64,000 nt of DNA. Source: Carcharhinus amblyrhynchos. Lineage: Eukaryota. The notes under the pieces were generated by a model. It searched no databases. It was not told the origin of the DNA and saw nothing but the letters and a program-made list of their open reading frames with translations. Shown here piece by piece: positions 23,511 through 37,657 of this stretch. The stretch covers positions 85,498,001 through 85,562,000 of the forward strand of contig OZ336877.1 in the NCBI GenBank assembly GCA_965287045.1, written 5' to 3'. Made by a program: the position numbers and the translations under genes. Positions within the stretch are counted from its first letter, which is position 1, and each line of letters starts with the position of its first letter.

Positions 23511-24974
23511 CTTACACTTCCTTGCTTAGATTCTGTGGGCAGGATTTTCCCTCCAAGTATGAGATAGAAGTCTGCCCTACTTCCAAAACCGTCCGTCAGC
23601 GTTTGCAGGTACAGTTGACGCCTTCTGCGCTTGTTGGGCACCGCAGGGGCTGGGGTGCATTATTGACCCTAATAATCACATTTTAATTTGATGTTTTTAA
23701 GTTTCCTTTGTGCTTTGGTTTTGTTCGGGCTGTTCCCCTTCCTTTTGGGGAGCTGCCCCTTTTACTTTGTCCTAATTTAATTTGAGTTTGTTTATTTGGT
23801 TTGACCTTAAGAGGCCAAAACTGTCCATAGGGAACAGCATGATTAACTGTGATTTCACAGCAGACCCCCCCCACCCCCACACTTCAATTGGCCTGGAAAC
23901 GGGCTCACAAACCAATTAATATTGGTGTCAAGATCTCGAAGCTGGAGGGCCAATCGGAATCTTCCAGTATGAAAGAAGCAGCGGGCTGTAGAGGGTGAGG
24001 GTGATGTCCTCTCTCCAACATTTTATAACCTAAACTAAAAAATGGATCCTGTATGAAGGTAAGTCCTCCCTAGATGGTCTGTTGCTGCTACTGAATCTAA
24101 GCAGGAATGCCTATCGGCATGCATGTGGAATTAATCTAGTTACAGTCTGGCCTGTGCATGCTTCATCGAAACAGCTGCCCATATAAAGCAGCTGTTTCCA
24201 CTCATGTCTAATTTTGGTGACCTATGTGTATGAACCATGACATGACCCAATAAGAACAGGTCTGTGATTATGAAGTCCTTCAGAGAGAGATGTGGAGTAC
24301 CCATTTGGAGAGGCAATGTACCCCATTGAACATGGTCCATAACACCATTAAGGGAAGTTAGCTGCTAGGCATGAATATGTGTAAGAAGTGCATAAACTTT
24401 TAACTGTCAAGCTCATTGCAACTGATTGAAGTGTCAAAAACATCAAAATGAACTGTCACAGGAAATTATCAAGCTGTCAAGGCACTTAAAGGTCCTGCTC
24501 TTAAAAAAAATTGCTTGAGATTTCACCCTGTTGATATAGGCCCAAGAACTACTATTACTGAATTCATGTTGAACAGTTGATTTCACAAGCTTCCATTACC
24601 ACCATAGGTTGCCTTCCATTCCAGTTTGATTAGCAGCTCCAAGTGGTTACAAGTCGTTCGAACTGGGACAACGAATTCCAATGTTTTCATAAGGATTGAA
24701 ACCATTGAATGAAATGTTTGTATTTGTAAGGGATTAAACACTTCAGTTAAATGTTTTTTTTAAATCAAGATGTTGTTAAAGGAATGGAAATGAATGAATG
24801 GATTTTAATTAATTTTTTTTAAGTCTGCAGTAAACACTTGCAACAAATGAAATAAAATCCTCAGCATGGATTCTCAGGTCTGCCCATATGCATACTGGAT
24901 GAATTGGCATGGTAAGTGCAAAGAAGAAGTGTGATGAGTAAAGGGCACAAAGTTTGCCTGGGGTTGTAAAGAAC

Positions 24975-25285
24975 GTAGTAAGAAGTCTCACAACACCAAG
25001 TTAAAGTCCAACAGGTTTATTTGTAGCAAACAGCACTAGCTTTCGGAACTGGCTGTACCTTCGTCAGGTGGGTGGGAGTTCTGATCACAAACAGGGCATA
25101 TAATGACACAAACTCAATTTACATGAATAATGATTGGAATGTGAGTCTTTGTAGCTAATCAAGTCTTAAAGGTACAGACAATGTGAGTGGAGAGAGCATT
25201 AAGCATAGGTTAAAAAGATGTGTATTGTTTCCAGACAGGAAAGTTAGTGAGATTTTGCAAGTCCAGGCAAGTTGTGGGGGTTGTG
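24975..25285 (-). mobile_element. Penelope pLTR / 3' fragment
   Basis: AGTAAGAAGTCTCACAACACC...AACAGGTTTATTT, the same family as 57322-59212. Confidence 0.85.
25034..25070 (-). ncRNA. Minimal type I hammerhead ribozyme motif of the Penelope pLTR
   Basis: Minus strand reads CAC-CTGACGA-AGGTACAGCCAGTTCC-GAAA-GC-TA-GTG: conserved core, stem I CAC/GTG and a palindromic mini stem III. Confidence 0.65.
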
Positions 25286-27322
25286 TAAAGAGCCACAGAG
25301 GTCAGTAGAGAATTACAGATTGGCATGGAGAACATGGTGGACATGAGGGGTTGGTTAGAAGGCATGAAGTAATGGGTGGGGCATAGGGATTACACAAGGG
25401 GTCAGAGATTTGAGAGGGGTGAGGGATAAAGAGCTGCTTTTCATGTTTTTCTTGAGTTGCAGAACACAGATGCAGGCCTGTTGCCCATTCCCTTGCTGCA
25501 AATGGTAACCTCTGGGGTGGGGAGGCATGGTGACTATAGTGCCAACTCCACCACGCTAGAATTAAAATCCCAATTTCCAGGGTACTTTCTACCAGGTTGG
25601 ATTTACAGTGCCAAATTCTACACTTGTGATCCAGGAATGATAATTCAGATCCGTAAATGAGATAGGTTATCCACTCGTTCTCTGCTGCTGCCTTTTATGG
25701 TATTGGTGGCTCCTGATCCAATATAATAAGTGTCATAATTCTGGATTAAAATGTATCCACATTTTCTGATAGTCATATTGGGAGATTAGAGGGTTATTTA
25801 GAAACTGGGAACTATGTGCTCATTTTAAACAAACCAAGTGCCAACTACTGTTAGTTTATCATGATGGTCATTATAAAATAAATGTAATGTTAGGACAGAA
25901 TATGATAGAAATGTTGCATTAAGAATTGCATAAACTGCTCATCTGTCTGTATCAGGAATCAACACTATGTGCTGAGGCCTATCTGTCTAATTCCACAGAC
26001 CTTGCATGTGTTTCTGGTTCCTCAGTAATGGTTTTTCACAATTGCTATTCATCACAGATCACAGCAACATCAATATCCTTTGCACTGGATAACCAGTACT
26101 GGGCAGATGGAACAAGTTTGGATAATTTATCTCACAAATAAACAAATGGAGAATATCAATTCCAAATTACATAATTTGGTGGGGATCAATGTTGGCAAGG
26201 TAAGGATCAAAGTTCTAATGTTGAGATTTATATTCCTCAGTGACACTCTGTATAGTTTTCTCTTACTGAAATTACAAGTCATCCTATGGTACATAGCAGT
26301 AGAAGGAGTCAAGAAGACAAAATTCTACGCAGGTAAACACACATTTAACTAACCCAGCAAGCTCCACAAATGATTGGATTGCCAAGGGATGAACAGGCAC
26401 TGGTTGTCGTAGACATGCCCCAAGCTGTAATGGAACCATCTAATGAACTTGCATCTTAATGTAAAACCAATTCCATTTTGAGGCTCACAGAGATGTTTTT
26501 CTCATTTGTGCAATAAAGTGTTGGTTGCATCGTGAAAAAACAGGTAGAGGAGATGGATCTGCAAACGTGCAGTGAATAGATTTTGAAATTACAGGAATTG
26601 CTTATTGAAATAATCTGGCCAGTTGCATGCTCATTTCTTCCATTGGACCTCCAATTTATTTTGCTACAAACCTAAACATTTTAATATTACAAAATCATGC
26701 GACCTATAGCAGATCATTGTTATTTTGAAAAGTCTTTGCTGAGCTACCTGGGAGTAATCCACTTGAGAATTTCAAACAGAACATTTTTCCTTTAGCAACA
26801 GAACGGTGTGCTCCACAGCAATTCTAGTTGAGGGATGTATTTGTGTTTAAATTCTGTTGTTGACTCCAGTGAGGAAACCACTGAATATCAATCTGAATGT
26901 ATATCTAGCTTTTCAGCAACTGCAAGAGCTGAAATTATGTGTGAAGTAATAAACATGCAGCAATGCATCACGAAATGCACTACACAGTAGATGTCAAACA
27001 TGCACAACTCTTTGACAAATAGCATGACACATGATTAGTTAATGTGGTCCCTAGAATGAGACAACAGTCTGTATTATCAATGTACTGACACATGTTCCAT
27101 AGAGAAACTTTTTAAAACAATCAGAATAAAATTAAATGCACAAGTAATGGTCAAAATGAGTATAATTAATTAATTACAAGGGATAACATTGGGATTAGAA
27201 CAACTGAAGGCATGGGAGAAATAATACTTAAGAAAAAAATCCAAAAAATGGAGACAGGTGAAGAGAGAACTGGAGAATATTTTGAATCTATACATAATCT
27301 GTTACTTCTGTATGTATTTATA

Positions 27323-28225
27323 TGAACAAAGAACAAAGAAAATTACAGCACAGGAACAGGCCCTTCGGTCCTCCAAGCCTGCACTGACCATGCTGCCCGC
27401 CTTAACTAAAACCCACTACCCTTCCGGGGACTATATCCCTCTATTCCCATCCTATTTATGTACTTGTCAAGATGCCCCTTAAAAGTCACTACCATATCAG
27501 CTTCCACTACCTCCCCTGGTAACGAGTTCCAGGCACCCACAACTCTCTGTGTAAAAAAAAAATCTGCCTCATACATCTCCTTTAAACCTTGCTCCTTGCA
27601 CTTTAAACCTATGCCCCCTAGAAACTGACTCTTCCACCCTGGGAAAAAGCTTCTGACTATCCATTGTCCATGCCTCTCATAATCTTGTAGACTTCTATCA
27701 GATCTCCCCTCAACCACCATCACTTCAGTGAGAACAAACCAAGTTTCTCCAACCTCTTCTCATAGCTAATGCCTGCCATACCAGGCAACACCCTGGTAAA
27801 TCTTTTCTGTACCCTCTCCAAAGCCTCCACATCCTTCTGGTAGTGTGGCGACCAGAATTGAACACAATATTCCATGGGCGGCCTAATTAAGGTTCTACAA
27901 AGCTGCAACATGACTTATCAATTTTTTAACTCAAAACCCCAGCCAATGAAGGCAAGCATGCCTTATGCCCTCTTGACTACCTTCTCCACCTGCATTGCCA
28001 CTTTCAGTGACCTGTGCCTATCAATACTCTTAAGGGTTCTGCCATTTACTGTATATTTCCTATCTGTATTAGGCCTTCCAAAATGCATTACCTCACATTT
28101 GTCCGGATTAAACTCCATCTGCCATCTCTCTGTCCAAGTCTCCAGCTGATCTATATCCTGTTGTATTCTCTGATGGTCCTCATCACTATCCACAAATCCA
28201 CCAACCTTTGTGCCGTTTATGCTAA
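27323..28225 (-). mobile_element. CR1/HER1 LINE 3' fragment
   Basis: ORFs 27963-28241, 27720-27911 and 27406-27723 give WQMEFNPDKCEVMHFG, MEYCVQFWSPHY and FFTQRVVGAWNSLP. Tail (TTCTTTG)n. Confidence 0.93.
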
Positions 28226-28262
28226 TATAAATTATCAGCACTAAGGATTAGGGATATTAGAA

Positions 28263-29077
28263 TGTAAATATATCTTCCCCTCAACTGCAGGAGTTGCAAG
28301 GTTGTTTGGTTATTAACCAGAATGCTAATTGTTAAAACTAATTTTATTATTAGAAATTAACATCTAACTTTATTAGAAATTAATATTTGACTTTATAGTT
28401 ACTCTTATTTGGAGAATAAGTGGGAAAATTTAGAAGTAAGGTGCAGTACAGAAAAGATAGAGGGATTCTGGAAGTTTATCTCATGTTTCGCTGTTTATTA
28501 TAGGAAAAAGCTGTGCCCTTGAGGCCGTCTATGAAAAACTGCTGGAGTGTCCGTCTCTCTGTATGAGATAAGACCTCACAGGATGTAAAAGCATCAAGAT
28601 ACAATAATACATATAAAGGCCGTTACCTCCATAAATAATTAAGGTTACCCACATCTATGTGAACTATTCCTGGCTGATCAAGTAAGATATCCTCACACGT
28701 GGGACTAATATGATTGCAGAAAGGGAGGGGTTAATTGGATAACAGTCTAAATGAGATATGCCCTTTGTCCTTGTGCAACAAACAAGACAAGAGATAAAGA
28801 GGAAGAGAGAGAGAGCAGGTGAGGGTGAGGACGGTGCTTGGAGATGAGAAGACCAACGCAGCAGGAGAAACCATTCGTGCTCATTCCAATCCAGATCTTG
28901 ACACAGGTAGTATAATCCATGTTTAACCATAAGTCACCGGCCAAGTTTACTGGCATAGTTTATCTGAGATCTTAATAAATTTGTCCTGGCTTTGTCTTAA
29001 TAAAATTGTTTCATAACAAAGCTTTGATGCCGAGTCTGTTCCTGTCTTAAATGGATGAAAGACCACCAATTTTTACA
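28263..29077 (+). mobile_element. Possible solo LTR
   Basis: TGTAAA...TTTACA termini, TATA-like ATATAAAGG near 28611, and AATAAA near 28975 and 28999. No TSD found. Confidence 0.4.
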
Positions 29078-31232
29078 ATGATCTGTTCCCTCAAGTAACA
29101 TGCACTGTGAACTACCCACATTCATTATGAGAGGTGCCTGGACAATAGGTACATACTTACATTATAAGCCCAACCTTACCAGCTCGCCATGCCCATCAAT
29201 CAATGTGGCAAGCTAGGAGGATAATGTGGGAGGACAAAAATCCAATTTGTGCCCTGTGCGAATCTGTTTGTTGCCTTCCCGGCCCATTCCCAGTTCTGTT
29301 TAGTGGTGAAAACGGCTTCACACCAAAAAAGAGTATGAAGTTTATTACCATGAGATTACCTAGATCTCCATTTCATAGGGAGTTCAGATGGATCAAGGCA
29401 GAGAAAGAAAGGGAAAGAAGTTACAAATTGCAAGTTACTTAAGTCAAAAATATATTGACATTAATTCACACAAGTAGAGTCTAGTAAGTCAATGGTCAAT
29501 GAAGATTTTTTTCAGGTGGCTTTGTCTGTCTGAATTCTGGGTCTTACGTCTTTGTCTGAAGAACTAAGTTGCAAGCACTTGAAGATGAAGTAAACTACTT
29601 TTGGGAATTAGTTCGCTCTGTAGGCAAAATACAGGATTATTTCTGGAGATCCAACTTTGCAAAAGATGGAGGTCAGAAGTAAGTTACTAGCCTGGTGTCC
29701 AGTTTTCTCTTGTGGAGTTAAACTGCAACTGAAGACAGGATTCAGCATCTGTATAATTAAAGAATTTCAAATAGCTCAAGTCTCAGCCATGTGATAGGAT
29801 GGTTTCTGATTAAGCTGCTCAGCTGATGATATATGTGAAGGATCCTCACTCATTAAAACCAGTTGTAGTTTTGAGAAGAATACTCTGGAACCCTTAGCAC
29901 AATGTTGGAGATAGGAGTCACAAATAGCCTCTGCCTTTGACCACAGCTGCTGCAGATGTTTTGTCTACTAGTCCTTTTGTGTTGACTTAACTGGAGTATT
30001 CATACAGTGCAAGAGCTGTGACATTCCAGGAGCTGATGAGTTAACCTTTTTCTAGTGGAACAGCTTAGAATCTTCCAGAAATGCCAACGGGTGACTAGCT
30101 GTTGCCTTTTCATCAATTCAGCAATTGTCCATTTATAAAAAGTCAGAATTTAACCAAGAGAATATGGAAGAGAAAAAAATTAAGAAATTTCTGTTCTTCA
30201 TGCCTTTTTGTCATGACACCATGCAAGTGTAGCTTGCTATAATGCATGTTCAGACTGCTGCCATCATGGTTCTAAATATAGCAAGGTTTGCAGCAGGCAG
30301 CAGTCTGTCCTTCAACAGTTAAAAAGTAGTGACTGCTCTGTGGAACACAAACCTGCTGTTCATCCCCAGGAGAACAGAATTTGTCCTCCCACCACCAGTC
30401 ACAAATGCCTTTGCAAATCAGTTCGTTAACAGCCAGCACACACTGCTGCCGCCCTTGGCAGATGGGGCAACCGAAGCTATGCTGCCTAGGGCCCGAGCTC
30501 CACAAGTCATAAAGCAAGGCTATCTCCAAATGAAGGTCAACAACTTTCTGCCAGCCATATACAAGGGACTAAGACTTCATCCTGTATTTATTTTTGTAAA
30601 ATATATAGAGATAAACTCATCACTATCTCTAAAAATATAAAACTGGAAAAAGACCTAAAATGGCTGAACATACATCTGTGTGTGACCCTCAAACAAATCT
30701 TGGGATACATCATTGGATAGAATTGTCCCATGGGGCAATGGGTTTAATGGTGGGATAGCAGAAGCGGTGAGGTAGGTGGAAGAGGAAAATGCAGTGGGAG
30801 CTCCAAAAATTGGTTTCACACTGGCATCAAATGATAGTGGGATCTTCTACTTCCACCAACCATGGCAGGTCACAATTCCCACAAGAGACTGGCATGAAAC
30901 CTATTTTCATCCAACTACTGGGATGCAAATGAAGACCCAACTGGAATTGGCCATTATATATTTGCATGGCTGACTTCTGGAATTGTCAAGAGAGATGTCA
31001 AATTTTGTTAGAAACAAGGTATTTATTGATAAGAGAAACTTGGTACAGGAATTTGCAACCCTTCACCACCTGGGAGCATCAGCTCCAGGTCTTACATGCT
31101 TACAACCGGCCTTCTGGAACATTCTGCCTGAAAGGTAACTTTACCCTCTGATATGATCATTCACTCTCAGTTTCTATTGGTCCCTCAAGTCAGGCAACTC
31201 ACTTTTATTGTACTGTGTTAGATAGATACTAT

Positions 31233-31460
31233 GGCCAGAATTCTCCCATCCTGTCCATCACTGGAAATTTAGCTGGCGGATTGCGGAGAATGTGAAACGC
31301 CATTGATGGTTAGGAGGGAATCTAATCCTTTTGGATCTTATTTGACTGAATTTAGGTTTACAGTAAATGAACTCCTGCTGTTACTAATATTGGAATACTT
31401 TGAAAACTATAAATATTTGGATAACACACTCGGCACCAGTACGGCCGGAGAATTTTGCCC
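31233..31460. mobile_element. Harbinger-type MITE
   Basis: Imperfect TIRs GGCCAGAATTCTCC ... GGAGAATTTTGCCC. Confidence 0.6.
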
Positions 31461-31599
31461 CACATATACAACATCCCTCTCCTTTAACTTTCTTATACAA
31501 TCTTCAAAAGCAACTTACTCAATCCAAATTCTAAATAAATATTATACACACGTTAGATATTTGTAAATCGATGTTGTGATTGTTCAATGAAGGGATCTT

Positions 31600-34400
31600 G
31601 AAGATTGCATTTAACATAATATTTCTTCTAAAAAGCATCAGCTATGCATAGTTCCAATCATGATCTTGAATGGGATTCTTCCATAAAGGCTTTCTGCTTT
31701 CCGAATCCTATCTTAGACTGTCCACTGACCATGGGCTACATACTTGACTCTGAGAATGGTGTCACTCTCTAATCCACTATTGATCCTTTTCTCAAGCAAT
31801 TTACTCTACAATGCAGGCAGGTTCTGTCACAGCAATACAACATACACTTATGTCTTGACAGTTCTTGCACAATCTCAGTTTGTCACTCGTAAAGGTCATG
31901 GTACTCTATTCCTCATCCTTTGGTCATTGAATAAAGTTTCTTCTCTTCTCAATATTTCTATCTGGCATCTTTTCTACTGTCCAGTTTATCATATTAATGC
32001 TTGTGCTTTTCTATTAGTGTGACCATTTCAGCAATCTTGTTCTGGCATATAATTTGTTTCCTTATCTACCTGAATTGCCGCTTGTCTTGTTCTCTCCTGC
32101 TCATCTCCTTCAGCTGAGTGGCTTAATTTACCAATCTCTTCCTTTGTCTTCCATATCAACCAACTTTCTGCTTAATTCTGAGGTGTTCTTTATTCTATAC
32201 ATTTGCTTTGGCAATCCATTAAGATTATCAGTTTCTGAATTTCTTCCAAGGTGAATCCATCATTCTCTTTTAACAACATTTGATAATTTCTTCCTTCTCA
32301 CACTTTGCATGTTTACAGAGAAATGTCACATTCATTTTGATGTAGTTGTATTGAACTCTACTTTTTTCTTTTGGTCTTTTTTAATTAGAAAATTCGCTGA
32401 ATTGTGTTCTCTCTTTGAGTTTGTCCATTGCTATATCCTCCACAGCATCCTCGAATACTGACAATTTCTACCTCAGTTCATTTGTGTTTTCCATACAACT
32501 GGTAGTTCGACCATTCAATTGGCTCTATGGAAAATTCCTAATAATGGCTCTGGTAAATTACACCTCTGATCTAACTTCCCTTCAATAGTACAGTCTTCTT
32601 GCAGCAGATGATACAGGATGTTATCCATGAATGCTATGGATCAAATCTTCGATATATTTCACTGAGGCTAGCAGTTCTCCCACCCATCACAAAACAAATA
32701 GCATTAATTATATGGGGGTTTCCTTGCCTCTTTTCAGGTTCCATGCTATGATCTCTGTTGTGGAGTTTTGCTTGTGCCTTTCTCTCGCAACCCTTTTTGT
32801 CTTTTGTGCATATCTTCATGCTCTTACTCTAGTTCCTTCATCACTTGCTGGTGAATATTGCACACTGTCTTACTGGCCGTAATAGATTTCTGAATTACTT
32901 CCAACTTTTTCATAGTGCTTGTATTTTTTTTTCCTTAGCTTTGATGTAGCTGGGCTGCTTCTCACAAACGTTTACTTTTTTTATTTGCTATAGTTCTTAG
33001 TGATGTTTATCCAACACTTTTTCCTTTGCTTTTACTACTACTCTGTGGTTTGTCTCATCTCCTGACTGATTACAGCTTTACCATTTGCTTGTAATTTATT
33101 GCTAAAACTTTCAAGGAACCTTTCCATACATTACAGAAGGATAGGATGCAACTGAGTCTTGGTTTCTTTCAACTCTTCATTTAGTCATTTAGAGTCTTTT
33201 GTAGACCCTCTGGGGTCTTTTGTTGCCCTCCTGGTATCTTTCATTGCCCTTGTTTTGGGTCTTTCAGTATCTGCCTCTCAGGGGATTTTTACTGCTTATT
33301 CTGAGTCTGGCATTGCCTCTTGCTTGAGGTATTATTACCTCCTCTGAGCTCCAGCACTGGCTCTTCTTTGAGGTCTTCATTTCGTCCACTGAGGTCTTCA
33401 CTGCCTCCTTTGAGGTTTTCAGTTACTAATGGAGCCCCATTTAGAATTGCACTCTATCTGGTATGTTCTCTGATTGCCCTTTGTCCTTTGCTCCTTCATA
33501 TGGTTGTTGTATTAAATTTTGCACAATATTAAACGCAGTAACTCTTTAAGACAGTCAAAGTTTATTTTTAATTGCCATAGCTGCTTTTTCTCTGTGTCTG
33601 CTTTTCTTGCACTTTTGGCATTTTGGCAGAAACCTGCAGCTCCTCCTTTTGGATTCTTTGGTGGAAGATTACTTCGATTTCTGCAGTTTTCCCATTTTTT
33701 TCTGCCTGTCTGGAGGGTCTGTCTTTTTCCTCCTAGTTCTAACATGTATCTTTTTTGTCAACTTCACTAGTGGCTCCAGTTGGGACCATTTTTTTAAAAA
33801 AAAACCTTTTTAAACTGCATTACGAACAGATGGAGGTCTTATCCTCTTGCAAAATCTTCCAAATCTGGCTGCCTGCAGTTCCCCAGTGCAGGGACTGCTA
33901 ACAGGGACTCCCCTTCCCCCACAGGCTCTGCACAGATTGGACGTATTAATCTCTTTGACCAGATTGGAAACCATGTGAAACACTATTTATTTTCTCTGTG
34001 GTCTCGGCATTGTAAATCTTTCTCTTCTATATCCCTCTTTTGCAGTATAAATGCAGAGCAGGCAACAATATGACTCTCCTCTATGTTTTGAGTGTGTACA
34101 AATAAACTAACCTTTGCATTCATCTTATCTTGAGTTTGCTGTGGGGTTATTAATATAAATTGTATCAAACCAAAACTGAGATTTTGGGAAATCTGCCATC
34201 ACTTGTAAAATAGGATGCAAATCAAAAATACCTTTCTGATTACAGAGGGTGGTGAGATGAAAAATTAGTTCTGTTTAAATTATCTCCTCCCCTCCATTCG
34301 TACACATTCTCCAGTCACTGGTGTCTCACTACATAGAATAGTCAGACTAAGCAAAGATAACAACAAGACTGGCACCAATAAAATACACAATGGTAATTGG
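31600..34400 (-). mobile_element. Highly decayed L1/Tx1-like LINE (ORF1 knuckle, endonuclease and RT relics)
   Basis: A-rich minus strand with Cys-rich NLCRACG near 33930, GNPHIINAI (LINIYAP-like) near 32710 and weak RT-like traces near 31780. Confidence 0.4.
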
Positions 34401-34559
34401 CTGACTCTTTTATAGAATATTGGATAATTTGTTTAAATAAAGTTGATTTCAAATGTTTGTTATGTCGCGGTTTTTATTTCAGATTTTGACTAATTCTCTA
34501 TTACAGTTATTAAGAGGAAAGTAGGGGACAATGATCAGTGTTCATGTCACGTTACTCTT

Positions 34560-36010
34560 TCAGTACCCAGATGCCCCTGGGGAAACTAATGATCCTATCA
34601 GCTGACTGAATTCCAAGAGACAATTAAAGGACTGTGAAAAGCCCCCTTGCAGAATCCAAGTCCTCCCAGAACCACAGTTCCAATATTGAGAAGTCCTCTG
34701 GTTCTATGCCAATAGGGTATGCTCTTTGAATTGTAAAATATAACACTAAGGGACTATCAGCTGCCAAATTAAACCACACCCAAAATTCCATTGATATAAT
34801 TTGTCCATAAGAGATTCATGTTGGGACTGAAAAAGCAGGTCACTATTACAACAAGGGCTTGGATCTATTGTGCTACTCCCCTCATGCCAAACATGGCCAT
34901 GCCATGTCTGTCCTATCCATCATTGCTGATTCAGCTTCCTTGTCATCAACCATATTTTGTGACACAATTCAGGTCAGTGATTTCCATTTTGCCAATGTCA
35001 CAAGCCTCTAAGTGCCAATTGGGAGCAGCAAGTCCTGCAAATACTGGAGCTACCACGCTGACTGGGCAACATTCAGTGACATTGAACAACTCCTACAGTA
35101 GGCCATCAGAAATGACCTCACCTTTATAAACAACCTCAAGCAATGAAAAACATCCAATCCTATTACTGAGTGGGAATTACTCACTTGATCCGTGCTGGAT
35201 CAATTACCTTGATGGTCACCCTCAATCAGCATAGCACCTAGTCCCAGATAACTTCTCACATTGTCAACATAGGCCATCGCTCACTCACATTGGCTCTTGC
35301 CTTCCAATCATCAACGGTACAAAGTAGATGCAATGGAACTTCTGTAAAGTAGATTGGTCAAAATACGTGAGACCTTGGACGACATTGCTATAGCTGTGCT
35401 TATTCATAATTGTGGAAGTGTCGGTAGTGTTTTGAGATGCCATACACAAAACTTTGCGTAGCCATTTCTTAAGGCTATTGACCCATCTATGTTCCATAAC
35501 TTCATGCAGAGAGTGCAGTATTCAAAAAGGAATATTAATCCTCTGGTGACTCCAATATGGCAGATCTCCTCATCCAGTCTCTTGATGTTGCACATAGCAC
35601 CAGGCAGGAGGGAACAACAGCAGAGTTCAATTCCATTCATTCATATCACAAGTGCTGTAGCCCAATTTGCGGCTTTGGAGCAGCCCAAAAACCACCTCTA
35701 TTAAATCACCCATCAATCACCCCAGACCAAGTTGCCTCATGTAGTGACAACACTGTTTAAGAATAAAATAGATCACCTTTAACAGACTTAAAAAACACCA
35801 GCAAAATAAAAACATGTCAGTTCTGATCCTATCAAAGTCTCAGAATTTGAGTTAATCTATGCTGATGACATTAGTTGTGCCAACCTAGGTCCATCTTTCA
35901 GCACTCTGAACGAGACTCTTGACAAAGACATTAGAAAGTCGATGGGCAACTGCAGCACATGGTGTTTCACGTTAAATCCCTCTAAAACCATATCCAATGT
36001 ATTCTACCTA
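34560..36010 (+). mobile_element. Vingi/Ingi-like LINE relic (endonuclease and deleted RT)
   Basis: DPCWI...NFSHCQHRPSLTHIG..LP...WNFCKVDW, and IYADDISCA near 35860. Confidence 0.65.
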
Positions 36011-37657
36011 TAAGGAGTATACAGTCAGGAGACTATGCCAAGTGAGATAGAAAACAAATAAGTTGCAAATTAGATTCACTTGGGAATTTAGTGCAAGAGG
36101 GAAAGAGATGCTTTAAAAAAGGTTTATAGTATTAATCATAACTATCACAACTAATAATGTTTATCAATCATAAGGCTTAACAGGTCAGGTGAAGTAAAAT
36201 TAATATAAATAAAATTAAAATAAGGTTAAGAAAAAGGAAATACAGTTAAGACGTGGCAGGGTACCTTGGTCATGAGGAATGTGTGTAGGGAAGCTGTGGG
36301 CATTACTGGTCACCTAGACGATGACACATGCAGAAAGTGTCACCAGCTGCAGAAAGTGGAGCTCCTTGAGCGACGACTGGAATCACTGTGACACATCATG
36401 AGGTTGAGAATTATGTGGATAGCATTCAGAGAGATAGTCACACCACCGGTTAGGGCATAGAGGTAGAAATGGAACAGAGTGACTAGCAGACAGTCAAAGG
36501 GACCTCCCGAGGTCCTGCTCATTTATCAGTTTCATTTTGGATACTAGTGAGGGCATCGGTTCTTTGAAGAAGTGCAATCAGAACAAAGTTCAAAACACCA
36601 CAGATGGCTCAGCTGCATAAGAGGGGATGAAGAAATGGGAAAGAGAACTGTGATAATGGTATAGCTGGCCATAAACATAACTCCAAGATGGTATGTTGCC
36701 TCCCTAGTGCCAGGGACAAAGATGTCATAAAGAAGCTGCAAGACACTCTGCTGGGAGAGGGTGAAGAGCCAGTAGTCATTGTCCATGTTGGTATCAATGA
36801 CTTAGGTAGGAAGTGGGTTGAGATCCTGAAAGCAAGGATCAGTATTAAGTCCACAGCTGTTCACAAGTTATATGAATGATTTGAATGAATGAATGGGCTG
36901 GAAACGGCATGTGGAATATAATTTGAATAATTGTGCAAATATTCACTTTGGTAGGAAAAACAGAAAGGCAGAATATTTTTTAAATGGTGAGAGGTTGGGA
37001 AATGCAGGTGTGCAAAGGGACCTGGATAATCTTGTTCATGAGTCACTTACATGTAAATGCAGCAAGTAATTAGGAAGGCAAATAATCTGCTGGCCTTCAT
37101 CTCAAAGAGATTTGAGAACAGCAGTAAAGATGTCTTGTTGCAATTGTATACAGGTTTGGTGAGACTTCACCTGGAGTATTGTATAAATTTGGACTTCTTA
37201 TTTGAGGGAATGTAGTGGAGATTCACCAGGTTAATCCCAAAATGGTGGGATTGTTTTATGACAAGAGATCAGAGAGACTTTGTATTCACCCACGTTTTGA
37301 AGAATGAGGGATGACATTATTGAAACTTACAAAATTCTTACAGGGCCTAACACAGTGGATGTAGATCAGATGTTTCTTCTGGCTGGTGAGTCTAAAACAA
37401 GGGGACATAATCTCGGAAGGGGTAGGTCATTTAAGATTGATATGAGAAGGAATTTTTCAGTCTGAGGGTGCTGAATATTTGGAATTCTCTACCCCCCAAG
37501 AGCATGCCCAAAACAGAAATCGACAGATTTTTGGAGGCTAGTGACATCAAAGGATATAGAGATAGCGTGAGAAAATGGTGGAGTTAGGTGATCAGTCATG
37601 ATCAAACTGAATGATGGAACAGGCTGAATGGCCTGCCTCTATTCCTGTGTTCCTAAG
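36010..37657 (+). mobile_element. Internally deleted CR1 retaining ORF1 (Zn/Leu region and SGNH esterase) and the 3' end
   Basis: CRKCHQLQKVELLERRLESL and MVCCLPSARDKDV...GEGEEPVVIVHVGINDLGRK, followed by ORF2 C-terminal relics and the 3' UTR. Confidence 0.85.

Larger units (their letters stand above)
23537..25625. mobile_element. Harbinger-derived element relic
   Basis: Left TIR-like GGGCAGGATTTTCC. The minus-strand peptide THRSPKLDMSGNSC (24140-24340) resembles the nuclease N-terminus. Right end uncertain. Confidence 0.4.

Noticed and set aside
30329-30640. 103-aa ORF as a host exon
   Set aside because: No recognised homology or convincing splice pair. The surrounding 29.4-30.7 kb could be an unclassified repeat.
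33150-33500. Short GAGGTCTTCA-type repeats as a CRISPR-like array
   Set aside because: The context is eukaryotic and there is no regular repeat-spacer period. It is low-complexity sequence within a decayed LINE.
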